Source of the DNA: Rhodanobacteraceae bacterium
GTDB lineage: Bacteria > Pseudomonadota > Gammaproteobacteria > Xanthomonadales > Rhodanobacteraceae
Assembly (NCBI GenBank): GCA_050738155.1
Contig: JBOHYW010000002.1
Coordinates: 2,838 to 66,837 of the forward strand
Length of the DNA stretch: 64,000 nt
Direction of reading: 5' to 3'
Both the position numbers and the translations under genes were made by a program. The notes below the pieces were generated by a model. The model ran no database searches. It worked only from the letters and a program-made list of their open reading frames with translations, and had not been told where the DNA came from. Below, in pieces: positions 1 to 9,592 of the stretch. Within the stretch, counting starts at the first letter, position 1, and every line of letters starts with the position of its first letter.

Positions 1-772
1 AAAGTGCGCGCAACGCGGTATCCACGCATGGCGTCGGCAGCGGATATGGCGGCATGATCTTGCGCAACAACGCGACCACCCGCGCATCAGCGAGCAGCGC
101 ACCAATCCGCACGCCGGCCAGCGCCCAGGCTTTCGACAAGGTTCGCAGCACCACCAGGTTCTCAAGTTCGCCGACGCAGTCGGCGACGCTGGCGCGATCG
201 CGACCCGGCTCAGCGAACTCCACATAGGCTTCGTCGATTACCAGCAATGCCCTGCCCGCCAATTCATCGGCCAACCGCAGGATCTCCGCGCGCGCCACGC
301 CGGCTCCGGCGGGATTGTTGGGCGCACACACGAACACCAGCTTCACCGCCGGTGTCATCGCTACCAGCAAGGCGTCGACATCCAGCGTGAAATCTCCGCG
401 CAACGGTGCCTCGATCACACCGGCGCCTTGCACCCGTGCGCATACCGCGTACATGCCGAACGTCGGTGGCGAAATCATGATGGCGTCGCGATCCGCTCGA
501 CAAAAGGCACGCACCAGCAGATCGATGCCCTCGTCACTGCCGCGGCCTACCAGCACCTGATTCGCGTCGACGCCGTAAATTCCGGCGAGTCGCTCCAGCA
601 ACACCGCAGGCTGGGGTTCGGGATAGCGGTTCCACGATTCCCCGCTGCCGAATGGCGGCCACGGCGATTCATTCGCGTTGAGCGCGATCGTGCCGCCGCG
701 CGCCTCCATGCGCGCCGACGAATACGCTTGCAGCGCCCGGATTTCCGGACGCGCCAGATCGAGCACGTTCAT
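1..772 (-). CDS. hisC: histidinol-phosphate aminotransferase; 3' end runs off the window, about 257 N-terminal codons present
   Basis: Own translation from the ATG at 772: [23 protein letters not shown]...[10 protein letters not shown]...[16 protein letters not shown] (aminotransferase PLP-Lys region). ATGA overlap with the hisD stop. Absent from the ORF track because there is no stop inside the window. Confidence 0.9.
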   Translation of the reverse strand, partial: MNVLDLARPEIRALQAYSSARMEARGGTIALNANESPWPPFGSGESWNRYPEPQPAVLLERLAGIYGVDANQVLVGRGSDEGIDLLVRAFCRADRDAIMISPPTFGMYAVCARVQGAGVIEAPLRGDFTLDVDALLVAMTPAVKLVFVCAPNNPAGAGVARAEILRLADELAGRALLVIDEAYVEFAEPGRDRASVADCVGELENLVVLRTLSKAWALAGVRIGALLADARVVALLRKIMPPYPLPTPCVDTALRAL

Positions 773-2106
773 GCGTTGGCCTCGGATTCAACCATGTCGG
801 GCGCGACGTCACCAAGGCGCGCCAACCGCAAGGTGACCGCACGTCGGTGCGCATCGAGTTGCTCCGCCGCCGCCAAGGTCGCCGCGCATGGGCCTATCGC
901 GCGCAAACCTTGCGGATCACATTCCTGCACCGTGATCTGTTTCTGGAAGCTGGCCACTGACACGCCGCTGCAACTGCGTGCCCACCCGTAAGTCGGCAAC
1001 ACATGGTTGCTGCCGCTGCAGTAGTCACCGAGCGATTCCGGCGTCCACGAACCAAGGAATACCGACCCTGCGCTCACGATCCCGCCGAGCCAGCGGCGCG
1101 GCTCGCGCACGTTGAGAATCAGATGTTCCGGCGCGTAGCGATTGCTGACTTCCAGCGCGGTCTGGATCGAATCGACATGGATCACGCGCGCGTTGTCCAG
1201 CGCCGCCGTGGCGATAGCCACACGCGGCAACTCGGCGCATTGCCGCAGCACCTCGTTCTCGACATCGTCCAGCAAGGCCGGTGAATCGCTGACCAGCATC
1301 ACCTGCGAATCCGGGCCATGTTCGGCCTGCGACAACAGGTCCGCCGCAACGAACGCTGGATCAGCGGCGTCATCGGCGATAACCAGCACCTCCGAAGGCC
1401 CAGCCGGCATGTCGATGGCGCCCCCCTCGGGATCGGCGGAAACCTGCAACTTGGCTTCGGTGACGAACGCGTTCCCGGGACCGAAGACCTTGTCGCAACG
1501 CGGTACCGATTCACTGGCATACGCCATCGCCGCGATGGCTTGCGCGCCGCCAAGTTTAAATACCCGGTGCACATCGCAACGCTGCGCGGCGTACAGCACG
1601 GCCGGGTCGCACGAACCATTCGGACGCGGCGGCGTGCACAACACGATTTCCGGACAACCCGCCAGACGCGCGGGAATGCCGAGCATCAAGGCGGTGGATG
1701 GCAGCGATGCGCTGCCCGCCGGAACGTACAGCCCGATCCGTGCTATCGGTCGCGAAACGCGTTCGACGCGGACTCCCGGCGCCGTTTCGACCGCTACCGA
1801 TGCCAGCATGCACGCACGATGGAAAGCCTCGATGCGCGAGGCGGCTTCACCAATCGCGCGCTTCAGCCCGGTATCCAGTGCGGCTTCCGCTGCGGCGAAT
1901 TCGTCCTCGGCCACCTCGAGTTCCGCAAGCGCCACGTGATCGAACCGCGCAGTGCAATCGCGCAATGCCGCATCCCCACGCGCACGTACCGCGCTGATGA
2001 TCGCGGCCACCGATTCACGCAGCCGGGGATCGCGCGACTGCGCCGGTCGCGCCAATGCGGCGGAATGCAAATCTTCGCCCAAATTGGCCCAGTCAATGCG
2101 TTTCAT
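769..2106 (-). CDS. hisD: histidinol dehydrogenase
   Basis: 445-aa ORF with [13 protein letters not shown] and SQAEHGPDS motifs. Overlaps hisG and hisC in operon order. Confidence 0.93.
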   Translation of the reverse strand: MKRIDWANLGEDLHSAALARPAQSRDPRLRESVAAIISAVRARGDAALRDCTARFDHVALAELEVAEDEFAAAEAALDTGLKRAIGEAASRIEAFHRACMLASVAVETAPGVRVERVSRPIARIGLYVPAGSASLPSTALMLGIPARLAGCPEIVLCTPPRPNGSCDPAVLYAAQRCDVHRVFKLGGAQAIAAMAYASESVPRCDKVFGPGNAFVTEAKLQVSADPEGGAIDMPAGPSEVLVIADDAADPAFVAADLLSQAEHGPDSQVMLVSDSPALLDDVENEVLRQCAELPRVAIATAALDNARVIHVDSIQTALEVSNRYAPEHLILNVREPRRWLGGIVSAGSVFLGSWTPESLGDYCSGSNHVLPTYGWARSCSGVSVASFQKQITVQECDPQGLRAIGPCAATLAAAEQLDAHRRAVTLRLARLGDVAPDMVESEANA

Positions 2107-2999
2107 GCCAGCGCGCGCTCCACCGGCAGCACGAACAGTTCACGGGCGCCGGCGCGCTGGATGGCCTCGAGTTGCCGCCAGCCGAGTTCGCCAGCACACA
2201 GCGCCTGCAGCATCACCTGCCCGGGCTGTCCATCCATCTGCAGCAACGTGGGATGCGGCGAGCCCGGCAACGCCCGCAGGATTGCATCGACCGATTCGCG
2301 CGCCGCCTGCAGCAGCAGCAGGCGCGAACCGCGCACCCGACCGACCCCGTCGATGCGCTTCAACAACAACTCGATGGCGTCGCGTCGGCCGTCGGTCGGC
2401 AAGCATGCCGGCGCGACCAGCACCGCCACGCTCTCGAGTACCACGTCGGCCTCGCGCAACTGATTGGCTACCAGCGTCGCGCCACTTTGCACGAGGTCGC
2501 AAATGGCATCCGCGGTCCCAAGCTTCGGTGCGATTTCGACCGAACCCGACAGGGTCACCACCTCAGCGGCAATTTCACGTTCCCTCAACCAGCGCCTCAG
2601 CAATCCGGGATACGAAGTTGCAATTCGTAACCTTTGCAGTGACGTTGCATCCGCGTAGGCGCTTGCCTGCGGCACCGCGATCGACAATCGGCACAGGCCG
2701 AACCCGAGAGCGCGCAGAACCTGCAACGATGGCGATTCCGCTGCACCCACATCGGCGGCGCGCTCCTCGACCACGTTCCGGCCAACGATTCCGAGATCGC
2801 AGGCGCCCTGCGCGATCAGACCCGGTATATCGTCATCACGCACCAGCAACAGGTCCACCGGCTCGCCATCGCCGTAGCAAAACAGCCCATCACGGCTGCG
2901 TCGGAACGAAAGACCGCAACGATCGAGCAGATCAAAGCACGGCTCGCTCAGGCGACCCGATCGTTGCACCGCGATCCGCAGGCGTTCGCGCGCACTCAT
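2103..2999 (-). CDS. hisG: ATP phosphoribosyltransferase, long form
   Basis: 298-aa ORF starting [19 protein letters not shown]. 4-nt overlaps with the upstream regulator gene and with hisD. Confidence 0.9.
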   Translation of the reverse strand: MSARERLRIAVQRSGRLSEPCFDLLDRCGLSFRRSRDGLFCYGDGEPVDLLLVRDDDIPGLIAQGACDLGIVGRNVVEERAADVGAAESPSLQVLRALGFGLCRLSIAVPQASAYADATSLQRLRIATSYPGLLRRWLREREIAAEVVTLSGSVEIAPKLGTADAICDLVQSGATLVANQLREADVVLESVAVLVAPACLPTDGRRDAIELLLKRIDGVGRVRGSRLLLLQAARESVDAILRALPGSPHPTLLQMDGQPGQVMLQALCAGELGWRQLEAIQRAGARELFVLPVERALA

Positions 3000-3361
3000 G
3001 CCCGTTGCTTCCGTGCAAGCGGCCGTGATCGACCGACGCGTGCTGCCGCGGTCCGATAGCCGCCGCTGCCCTGGTTCAGGAAACGCGCCACGCGCCCGAT
3101 GGTGGTGATGCTGACGGCGGTGTGCTCGTGGATTTCACGATATGGCATGCCGCCCAGCACGAACGGCACCACCGACCAGCGGTCCACCAGCGCTTCCAGT
3201 TCGGCCGGCGTGCACAGATCGTGCAGGAATGCGCGCATTTCTGGCACGTCGCGCATCGCCAGCAACGCCTTGCACAGCCGCGTCTCGGCGGAATCGGATG
3301 GCATTTCAGGGTCGAGTGTACGGCGTTTCATGGGCAGCCCCTTGCGTATCAAAAGCGGCAA
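2996..3361 (-). CDS. TrpR/YerC-YecD-like small HTH protein heading the his operon; alternative start at 3331 (MKRRTLD)
   Basis: 121-aa ORF. ELEALVDRWSVV...GMPYREIHEHTAVSITTIGRVARFL matches the Trp-repressor-like fold signature of the YerC/YecD family. Translationally coupled to hisG. Confidence 0.75.
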   Translation of the reverse strand: MPLLIRKGLPMKRRTLDPEMPSDSAETRLCKALLAMRDVPEMRAFLHDLCTPAELEALVDRWSVVPFVLGGMPYREIHEHTAVSITTIGRVARFLNQGSGGYRTAAARVGRSRPLARKQRA

Positions 3362-3373
3362 ATAGAATACGAT

Positions 3374-3397
3374 AATGTACTAATGCGTTAGTACATT
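3374..3397. promoter_or_regulatory. perfect 10-4-10 palindrome AATGTACTAA-TGCG-TTAGTACATT; candidate operator
   Basis: Read directly from the sequence. It lies 13 nt upstream of the 3361 start (43 nt from the 3331 start). The GTACTA/TAGTAC half-sites resemble E. coli TrpR operator half-sites. Confidence 0.55.
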
Positions 3398-3551
3398 GAA
3401 CCAAACTGTAACAGCAACCCGGGCTGCCGACAAGCATTCAAAAGGAAGGGTGGGGAAAGTCGCGCAGCGACGCATCCCGCCGCTGTTCGCAGCGAACCGA
3501 TTGATGGAAACTGATTGGTGGAAACCTCTGCGCGGGTTCCACCCTACATCT

Positions 3552-3653
3552 CAACATCGGGCTTCGCCGGCGTTGGGCATCGCGATGCTCAGCCCAACCT
3601 ACAAAGCCTCGATGCCTGGCCATGCGCAGGCGGGAGGAGCGCAGCGCATCCCG
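3552..3653. repeat. ~100-bp direct repeat copy 1, containing a REP hairpin GTTGGGC...GCCCAACCTAC
   Basis: Aligned by eye to 3802..3901. One substitution (3594 c versus 3844 t) and a 2-nt indel near the end. Confidence 0.85.
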
Positions 3654-3801
3654 CCCGCCGGTGTGACAACGGTGGGTTACCACCCGCCCTTGTATGTTGA
3701 TTTTGTCTGAGTCGCGCTCGGACAAGGACGTGCGGATGCCGTATCCGCCCTTGGATTCACCCGTAGCGGGTAGGTTGGGGTGAGCGGCTTCATGCGAACC
3801 C

Positions 3802-3901
3802 CAACATCGGGCTTCGCCGGCGTTGGGCATCGCGATGCTCAGCTCAACCTACAAAGCCTCGATGCCTGGCCATGCGCAGGCGGGAGGAGCAGCGCATCCC
3901 G
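3802..3901. repeat. ~100-bp direct repeat copy 2, offset 250 bp from copy 1
   Basis: Same as above. A further REP (GTAGGTTGGGGTGAGC...GAACCCCAAC) lies between the copies at about 3765..3803. Confidence 0.85.
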
Positions 3902-3955
3902 TCGTTGAGCATCATTGAAGGCAAGCTATCACCCGCCACGATGTGCCGCGCATCT

Positions 3956-5884
3956 TCAAGCGGAGGCTCCACTGGCCGTAGTGCGCAGAACGCGTTCGCG
4001 CACCAGCCGGCAAGCTTCGGCGATGTCGTGCTGCAGCGCGCGGTCACGGTGCATGAAGGCGATGCTTTCGCGCACGCGCGCATGTGCCGCAGCCACTGTC
4101 CCACCTGGCCTGAATGCATCCGATTCGGCGAGCTGCCGGGCCAGCGCCTGCACCTCGCGCTCGAATTGGGCACGCAGCGAGCCATCGGCCGCGGGGGCAT
4201 GCTCCACCTTTTCCGCAAGCGCCTGCCAGCCGGCATCCGCGGCCAGCCGCCGGGCGGCGTTGAGCATGTCGTTGCGGTAATCCAGCGCCTGCGCCGCGGT
4301 ATACAGCTCCAGCGCCAGTACGTCGGACAGATCGCGCGTCATGGTGAGCACCTGGCGCGCCTCGTTGGCGCCCATCGAGACGTGGTCTTCGGCGTTGGCG
4401 CTGGTCGGGATCGAATACACGCTGGCCGGATGCGCGTGGGTGGCGAGGTCGTTGACCAGCGCCGCGGCGGTGTATTGCACGATCATGAAGCCGGAATCGG
4501 TGCCGTCCTCGTTGCCGGTGAGGAACGCCGGCAAGCCGTCGTTGGTGGCCGGGTCGACCAGCTTGTTGAGGCGCCGTTCGGAAATCGATGCCAGCACCGG
4601 GATCGCGGCTTTCACGTAACTCATCGCCAGTGCCAGGGGCATGCCGTGGAAATGGCCCGCCGAAATGACTCTTTCTTCAATAGGGATGTTCTCGCTACGG
4701 GGTACGCCTTCGGCATCCGGGAAGATCAGCGGATTGTCGGTGACCGCGTTCAATTCAATGTCGATGACGCGACAAGCCTGCGCCCACGCATCGCGCACCG
4801 CGCCATGCACCTGCGGCATGCAGCGCAGGCAATAGGCATCCTGCGGCTGATGCTTCTTGCCGCCCTTGAACGGCAGGAAACGCTGGTAGAACGCTTCGCG
4901 TCCGTGGCGGCGATCGGCCGACACCCATTCCCAACCGATGTCGAAGCTGAGCGACTGATCCTGCGGGTCTGCCCATGCCTTGGCCGACCATGTCCGGAAA
5001 TGTGGCACCAGGTGATACGGAATATCGATCAACGTCGAATCGCGCAACAGCTCGCGTACGTGCCGAGCCGTTTCGACCTGTCCCGGGTGCGGGCGCAGCG
5101 CATGCACCTCTTCACGCAACGCCCCACTGCGGCCGGCGAAGGCGTCCAGCGTCATCGCCGCGGCGAGATCGGCGACACCGAGCAGGTACTCTAGTTCGTC
5201 CAGCACCAATACCGCCGTCGCCAGCATCTGCGCGGTGCCGTTGTTGAGCGCCAGACCTTCCTTGAACGACAGTTTCACCGGCTGCAGGCCAGCCCGGCGC
5301 AGCGCTTCGTCTCCGGCCACGCGTTCGCCTTCGAAGAAGGCTTCGCCGCCACCCAGCAACACGATCGCGAGATGCGACAGCGGTGCCAAATCGCCGCTCG
5401 CACCCACGGAACCCTTGGCCGGCACCACCGGCACGATACCGGCATTGAGCAGCGCCGCCAGTGCCTGCAGAGTCTCGACCCGTATCCCCGAATGTCCGCG
5501 CATCAAGGTGTTGATGCGGATCACCAGCATCGCCCTCACCACGTCCGCGTCCAGCGGCTCGCCCACGCACACGGCGTGCGTGATGATGAGGTTGTGTTGC
5601 AATTCTTCCGGCAAGGTTTCCTCGCGTGGATCCGGGTTGCCGCCCGGCAGTTCATCGCGCGCGCGATGCGCGCCCAGCAACTTGTCGGCATTGCTGCCGA
5701 ACCCGGTCGTCACGCCGTAGATCGGCTCACCGCAGCGCACTTTTTCGGCGATGAAATCGGCGGCACGTTGCACTTTCTGCAACTGCACTGCATCCAGTTC
5801 AACCGTCGCACCGCCGCGCGCCACCGCGACCACCTGCGCACGAGTGAGAGTATTTCCGTCGAGCCTGATTCGTTTGTCGGTCAT
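3956..5884 (-). CDS. HAL/PAL-family (MIO-dependent) ammonia-lyase, long form of 642 aa
   Basis: YGVTTGFG and GSVGASGDLAPLSHLA (the Ala-Ser-Gly MIO triad), NGTAQM, QDAYCLRC. The selectivity position reads LIITHA, like the S-H of histidine ammonia-lyases. Confidence 0.85.
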   Translation of the reverse strand: MTDKRIRLDGNTLTRAQVVAVARGGATVELDAVQLQKVQRAADFIAEKVRCGEPIYGVTTGFGSNADKLLGAHRARDELPGGNPDPREETLPEELQHNLIITHAVCVGEPLDADVVRAMLVIRINTLMRGHSGIRVETLQALAALLNAGIVPVVPAKGSVGASGDLAPLSHLAIVLLGGGEAFFEGERVAGDEALRRAGLQPVKLSFKEGLALNNGTAQMLATAVLVLDELEYLLGVADLAAAMTLDAFAGRSGALREEVHALRPHPGQVETARHVRELLRDSTLIDIPYHLVPHFRTWSAKAWADPQDQSLSFDIGWEWVSADRRHGREAFYQRFLPFKGGKKHQPQDAYCLRCMPQVHGAVRDAWAQACRVIDIELNAVTDNPLIFPDAEGVPRSENIPIEERVISAGHFHGMPLALAMSYVKAAIPVLASISERRLNKLVDPATNDGLPAFLTGNEDGTDSGFMIVQYTAAALVNDLATHAHPASVYSIPTSANAEDHVSMGANEARQVLTMTRDLSDVLALELYTAAQALDYRNDMLNAARRLAADAGWQALAEKVEHAPAADGSLRAQFEREVQALARQLAESDAFRPGGTVAAAHARVRESIAFMHRDRALQHDIAEACRLVRERVLRTTASGASA

Positions 5885-6037
5885 GAAGCTGTCAATCCCA
5901 TATGGACGTCATTCCCGCGCAAGCGGGACTGCGAAGGCAAAGCCTGTCCGGACTTGATCCGGGAATGCCGAAGCGATCACCGGCATAGCCGATGGCCCGA
6001 AGGGCGAACCGCGGATGCGGCGAGTAATCCATTTGCA

Positions 6038-7432
6038 TCATGCGGCGGAAGGCTTTCCAACCAGGGCCGTCTCTTCCTGCGCCAGTTCCACCCGCATGGA
6101 TTTCACCAGCTCGGCGCGCGGCACCTCGAACTGATCGCCGCGGCGCAAATCCTTGACTGCCACCGCGCCACGCGTGAGTTCGTCCTCGCCGAGCACTATC
6201 GCAAAACGAATGCCGGCGCGGTCTGCATACTTCAATTGCTTGCCGAGCTTGCCACCTTCCAGCGCAATTTCGGTGGCGATGCCGGCGTCGCGAAGCTCTT
6301 TCGCCAAATCAAGGCACACCGCCAGTTGCGAGGTATCCATCTGCGTCACCAACGCCTGCACGGTGCTGTTCGATGTCTTGAGCAATCCCGCTTCGCGCAG
6401 CTGCCAGAACAACCGCGTCAGCCCGATCGAAATGCCGACACCCGGCAACTTCGACTTGGTGTAATTGGCCGCGAGGTTGTCATAGCGGCCACCGGAACAG
6501 ATCGAACCGATTCCCGGATGTTCGTTCAAAGTCGTTTCGTACACCGTGCCGGTGTAATAGTCGAGCCCGCGCGCGATCGACAGGTTCAGGGCGAACGCCG
6601 ATTCCGGCACGCCGAAGGCGGCAACCGTATCCAGCACCTCGCGCAATTCCTGCCTGCCCTGCTCGAAGGTTTCGCTGCCGTGGCCGAGCGCGTCGAGTTG
6701 TGCGTGTGCATCGGCGAGCGAAGTCGAGCGCACTTCCACGAGTTGCAGGATCTTGTTCACCGCATCCGCCGACATCCCGAATGCGTCGCCCGTCAACACG
6801 CCGCGCACGTGGTCCGCGCCACGCTTGTCCAGCTTGTCGACTTCGCGCAGCACCAACATCTGCCGCTCGCCATCGTCGATTCCCAGACCCTCGAAGAATC
6901 CGCGCATCAGCTTGCGGTTGTTGAGCCAGATCGTGAACGCGCCGAGATCGAGCGCATGGAACACGGCGTGGATCACCGCCGGTATCTCGGCGTCGTAACG
7001 GATCGACAACGAATCCTTGCCGATCACGTCGATATCGCACTGGTAGAACTCGCGGAAGCGCCCGCGCTGGGCGCGCTCCCCGCGATACACCCGCTGCATC
7101 TGGTAGCGTCGGAACGGAAACGCCAGCTCGCGCTCGTGCTCGGCCACATAGCGCGCCAGCGGCACGGTCAGGTCGAAGCGTAGCGCATGTTCGGGGTGGC
7201 CCGATTGTTCCAGCGCACCAGTCGATTGCACGAAATAGACCTGCCGCTCGGTCTCGCCCCCGCTTTTGGTCAAAAGCACGTCGGCGAACTCGATGGCCGG
7301 CGTTTCGATCGGCAGGAAACCATACACCTCGAAGCCGCGCCGAATGGCGTCCAGCATCGCCTGGAACGCGATCTGGTCGCGCGGCAGCAACTCCAGCACG
7401 CCGGGCATGGTTCGGGGCGTGGTCAGCGCCAT
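6038..7432 (-). CDS. hisS: histidine--tRNA ligase; the longest ORF extends to 7459
   Basis: MPGVLELLP...[11 protein letters not shown]...[11 protein letters not shown]...[24 protein letters not shown]...GGRYDNL class II aaRS/HisRS motifs. Confidence 0.92.
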   Translation of the reverse strand: MALTTPRTMPGVLELLPRDQIAFQAMLDAIRRGFEVYGFLPIETPAIEFADVLLTKSGGETERQVYFVQSTGALEQSGHPEHALRFDLTVPLARYVAEHERELAFPFRRYQMQRVYRGERAQRGRFREFYQCDIDVIGKDSLSIRYDAEIPAVIHAVFHALDLGAFTIWLNNRKLMRGFFEGLGIDDGERQMLVLREVDKLDKRGADHVRGVLTGDAFGMSADAVNKILQLVEVRSTSLADAHAQLDALGHGSETFEQGRQELREVLDTVAAFGVPESAFALNLSIARGLDYYTGTVYETTLNEHPGIGSICSGGRYDNLAANYTKSKLPGVGISIGLTRLFWQLREAGLLKTSNSTVQALVTQMDTSQLAVCLDLAKELRDAGIATEIALEGGKLGKQLKYADRAGIRFAIVLGEDELTRGAVAVKDLRRGDQFEVPRAELVKSMRVELAQEETALVGKPSAA

Positions 7433-7552
7433 GGCTTGGGTCTCGCGGTAAAACCGCAAGATTAGCAGTGCCCGCTGCCGTCTTGCGCGCGTGAAGCGGT
7501 GCCAAGTATCATTTGCGGCTCGCTTGGGCGCTTTGATGCCCTGGCGGACCGT

Positions 7553-7629
7553 CGGGGTGTAGCTCAGCCTGGTAGAGCGCTACGTTCGGGACGTAGAAGT
7601 CGCAGGTTCAAATCCTGTCTCCCCGACCA
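7553..7629 (+). tRNA. tRNA-Pro (anticodon CGG)
   Basis: 77 nt, CGGGGTG...CTCCCCGACCA. Cloverleaf folded by hand. Anticodon loop TTCGGGA. Close to the E. coli tRNA-Pro layout. Encoded CCA. Confidence 0.9.
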
Positions 7630-7646
7630 ATGATTTCAAGTATTTG

Positions 7647-7669
7647 GGCCACCTTCGCGGTGGCCTTTT
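7647..7669 (+). terminator. rho-independent terminator after tRNA-Pro
   Basis: GGCCACC-TTCGC-GGTGGCC followed by TTTT. Confidence 0.7.
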
Positions 7670-7751
7670 GGTGTCCACTGCCTGCAGGTTGCCCACGGCC
7701 CCTGATTTGCTCCGCAATCTGCCGAGCGCCGAGGCGATGTTCTCTTGTGGA

Positions 7752-8096
7752 TCAAACCATCTTTTCCGGCATCTGCTTGCCCGCCATCAGGTGCACATGC
7801 AGGTGGTAGACCGTCTGGCCACCACCGCGGTTGCAATTGATCACGCAGCGATAGCCGTCCTCGGCAAACCCTTCGCGCTTGGCGTAGGCCGAAACTGCCA
7901 GGAGCAGCCTGCCCAATAGTTCGGCATCACTCTCTGTACAGTCGTTCAAGGTCGCGAATGATTGCTTCGGAATAAACAGTACGTGCACCGGTGCTTGTGG
8001 ATGGATGTCACGGAAACCCACAATTTCATCGTCTTCGTAAACAATGTCGGCGGGCAATTCGCGGCGAATGATCTTGTCGAAAATGGTATCGCTCAC
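7752..8096 (-). CDS. HIT-family (HinT-like) nucleotide hydrolase; GTG start
   Basis: VSDTIFDKIIRRELPADIVYEDD...HLHVHLMAG histidine triad. The GTG at 8096 overlaps the GNAT stop (GTGA). The longer track ORF to 8291 would overlap the GNAT gene. Confidence 0.85.
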   Translation of the reverse strand: MSDTIFDKIIRRELPADIVYEDDEIVGFRDIHPQAPVHVLFIPKQSFATLNDCTESDAELLGRLLLAVSAYAKREGFAEDGYRCVINCNRGGGQTVYHLHVHLMAGKQMPEKMV

Positions 8097-8527
8097 GCGT
8101 GTTCTCCTTCCTCGATCCGCAACGACATGCCCTGCGATTCGGGCGCGACCAACCTGAAACCGAACTTTTCGTACAAAAGATTGGCAGTGCCATCGGCGAT
8201 CAGGCCCACCTGGGTGCATGGAAAGGCGCGCGCGTGCACCTGCTCCATCAACGCCTGCATGATGCGCCGTCCCAGGCCGCGTCGTTGCCAAGCCGGCGCC
8301 ACCGCAATGTCGACCACGAACAGGAACAGGCCACCATCACCCACGATGCGGCCCATGCCGATCAACTCGGCGCCGGCACGCACGCATACCGAACACCAGC
8401 TTGCCTTGAGTCCTTCGCGCGCGCCAGCGGGACTCATCGCGCTGAGACCGGCGGCCACCCGCAGCGCGAGGTATTCCTCCACGGCGGGAACCTGCAGTTG
8501 CAGATCGGGTTCGTTGTGCATCGACAT
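8093..8527 (-). CDS. GNAT-family N-acetyltransferase
   Basis: 144 aa. Motif A WQRRGLGRRIM, and a LYEKFGF tail. Confidence 0.8.
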   Translation of the reverse strand: MSMHNEPDLQLQVPAVEEYLALRVAAGLSAMSPAGAREGLKASWCSVCVRAGAELIGMGRIVGDGGLFLFVVDIAVAPAWQRRGLGRRIMQALMEQVHARAFPCTQVGLIADGTANLLYEKFGFRLVAPESQGMSLRIEEGEHA

Positions 8528-8530
8528 CGC

Positions 8531-9133
8531 CTACTCCATCGTCAAACGACTGCCGAACGCATGCGCCAGCGTGCCGCGATCGACGTATTCGAGTTCGCCG
8601 CCAAGCGGTACGCCATGCGCAAGATGGGTGGCGCGGACACCGGCGGCGCGCGCCAACTGGCCGAGCCAGTGCGCCGTCGCTTCGCCCTCGACCGTGGGAT
8701 TGGTCGCGATCACGACTTCGCGTACTTCGTCATCGGCGAGCCTGCGTTGCAGCAGGTCGACGCCGAGTTCGTGCGGCCCGAGGCCGTCCAGCGGCGACAG
8801 CCGCCCCATCAGCACGAAATAACGGCCACGGTAGCCGGTGGCCTGCTCGATCGCGAGCAGATCGGCCGGGGTTTCGATCACGCACAATTGGCTCGCGTCG
8901 CGCGAGACATTGGCGCAAATCGCGCATTCGTCGCTCTCGCTGAAATTGCGGCAGGATTTGCAATGACCGATGCGTTGCATCGCCTCGCCGAGCACCTGTG
9001 ACAGTCGCACGCCGCCTTCGCGATCGCGTTCCAGCAACTGGAAAGCCATGCGCTGCGCGCTCTTGGCGCCAACGCCCGGCAGGCAGCGCAGGGCTTCGAT
9101 CAGTTCGGCGAGAAGGTTGGATTGGTTGGACAT
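8531..9133 (-). CDS. recR: recombination protein RecR
   Basis: [21 protein letters not shown], a CxxC...CxxC zinc finger, and Toprim [12 protein letters not shown]. Confidence 0.95.
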   Translation of the reverse strand: MSNQSNLLAELIEALRCLPGVGAKSAQRMAFQLLERDREGGVRLSQVLGEAMQRIGHCKSCRNFSESDECAICANVSRDASQLCVIETPADLLAIEQATGYRGRYFVLMGRLSPLDGLGPHELGVDLLQRRLADDEVREVVIATNPTVEGEATAHWLGQLARAAGVRATHLAHGVPLGGELEYVDRGTLAHAFGSRLTME

Positions 9134-9268
9134 GGGTTTAGAATTTCAGCGATTTGCACGCGGCTGACGTGAAGGACATCCCCCCGGCGCTTGCGCGCCG
9201 ACCCCCTTCCTGCGGAAGCGGGTGAAGCCTGCGCCACTTACAAGTCCCGAGTCCCGATTCACGGATTC

Positions 9269-9592
9269 TCAGAATGGCAATTTGAATCCGGGCGGCAGAT
9301 TCATCCCGGAACTCACGCCACCGAGTTTCTCTTGGCTGACCTCGGCGATCTTGTTGACCGCATCGTTGATCGCGGCGGTGACCATGTCCTCGGTCATTTC
9401 GGGATCGTCGGCCATCATCTTGCGGTCGATCCGCACGCGGCGCACTTCGTGGCGACCGGTCATGGTCACTTCCACCATGCCGCCGCCGGCGCTGCCGGTC
9501 ACTTCCATGCGGGCGATTTCTTCCTGCGCATGCTTCAACTCTTCCTGCATGCGCTGCGCCTGCTGCATCAGTTGCCCTATTTGTCCTTTCAT
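9269..9592 (-). CDS. ybaB: YbaB/EbfC nucleoid-associated protein
   Basis: 107 aa. MKGQIGQLMQQAQRMQEEL...GGMVEVTMTG. dnaX-ybaB-recR synteny. Confidence 0.93.
   Translation of the reverse strand: MKGQIGQLMQQAQRMQEELKHAQEEIARMEVTGSAGGGMVEVTMTGRHEVRRVRIDRKMMADDPEMTEDMVTAAINDAVNKIAEVSQEKLGGVSSGMNLPPGFKLPF

Noticed and set aside
3362-3550. His leader peptide or attenuator upstream of the his operon
   Set aside because: No run of His codons and no terminator/antiterminator pair was seen. The region instead has the palindromic operator candidate and REP elements.
5372-7183. 603-aa plus-strand ORF spanning the HAL-like gene and hisS
   Set aside because: It is antisense to two genes with unambiguous motifs, and is a typical high-GC shadow ORF. 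The same reasoning applies to 1318..2463, 9191..10258, 10069..11115, 13393..14226, 13970..15187, 15940..17004, 24414..25379, 28444..29574, 31473..32957, 33017..35212, 35316..36323, 42170..43342, 46195..47439, 48319..49464 and 62249..63187.
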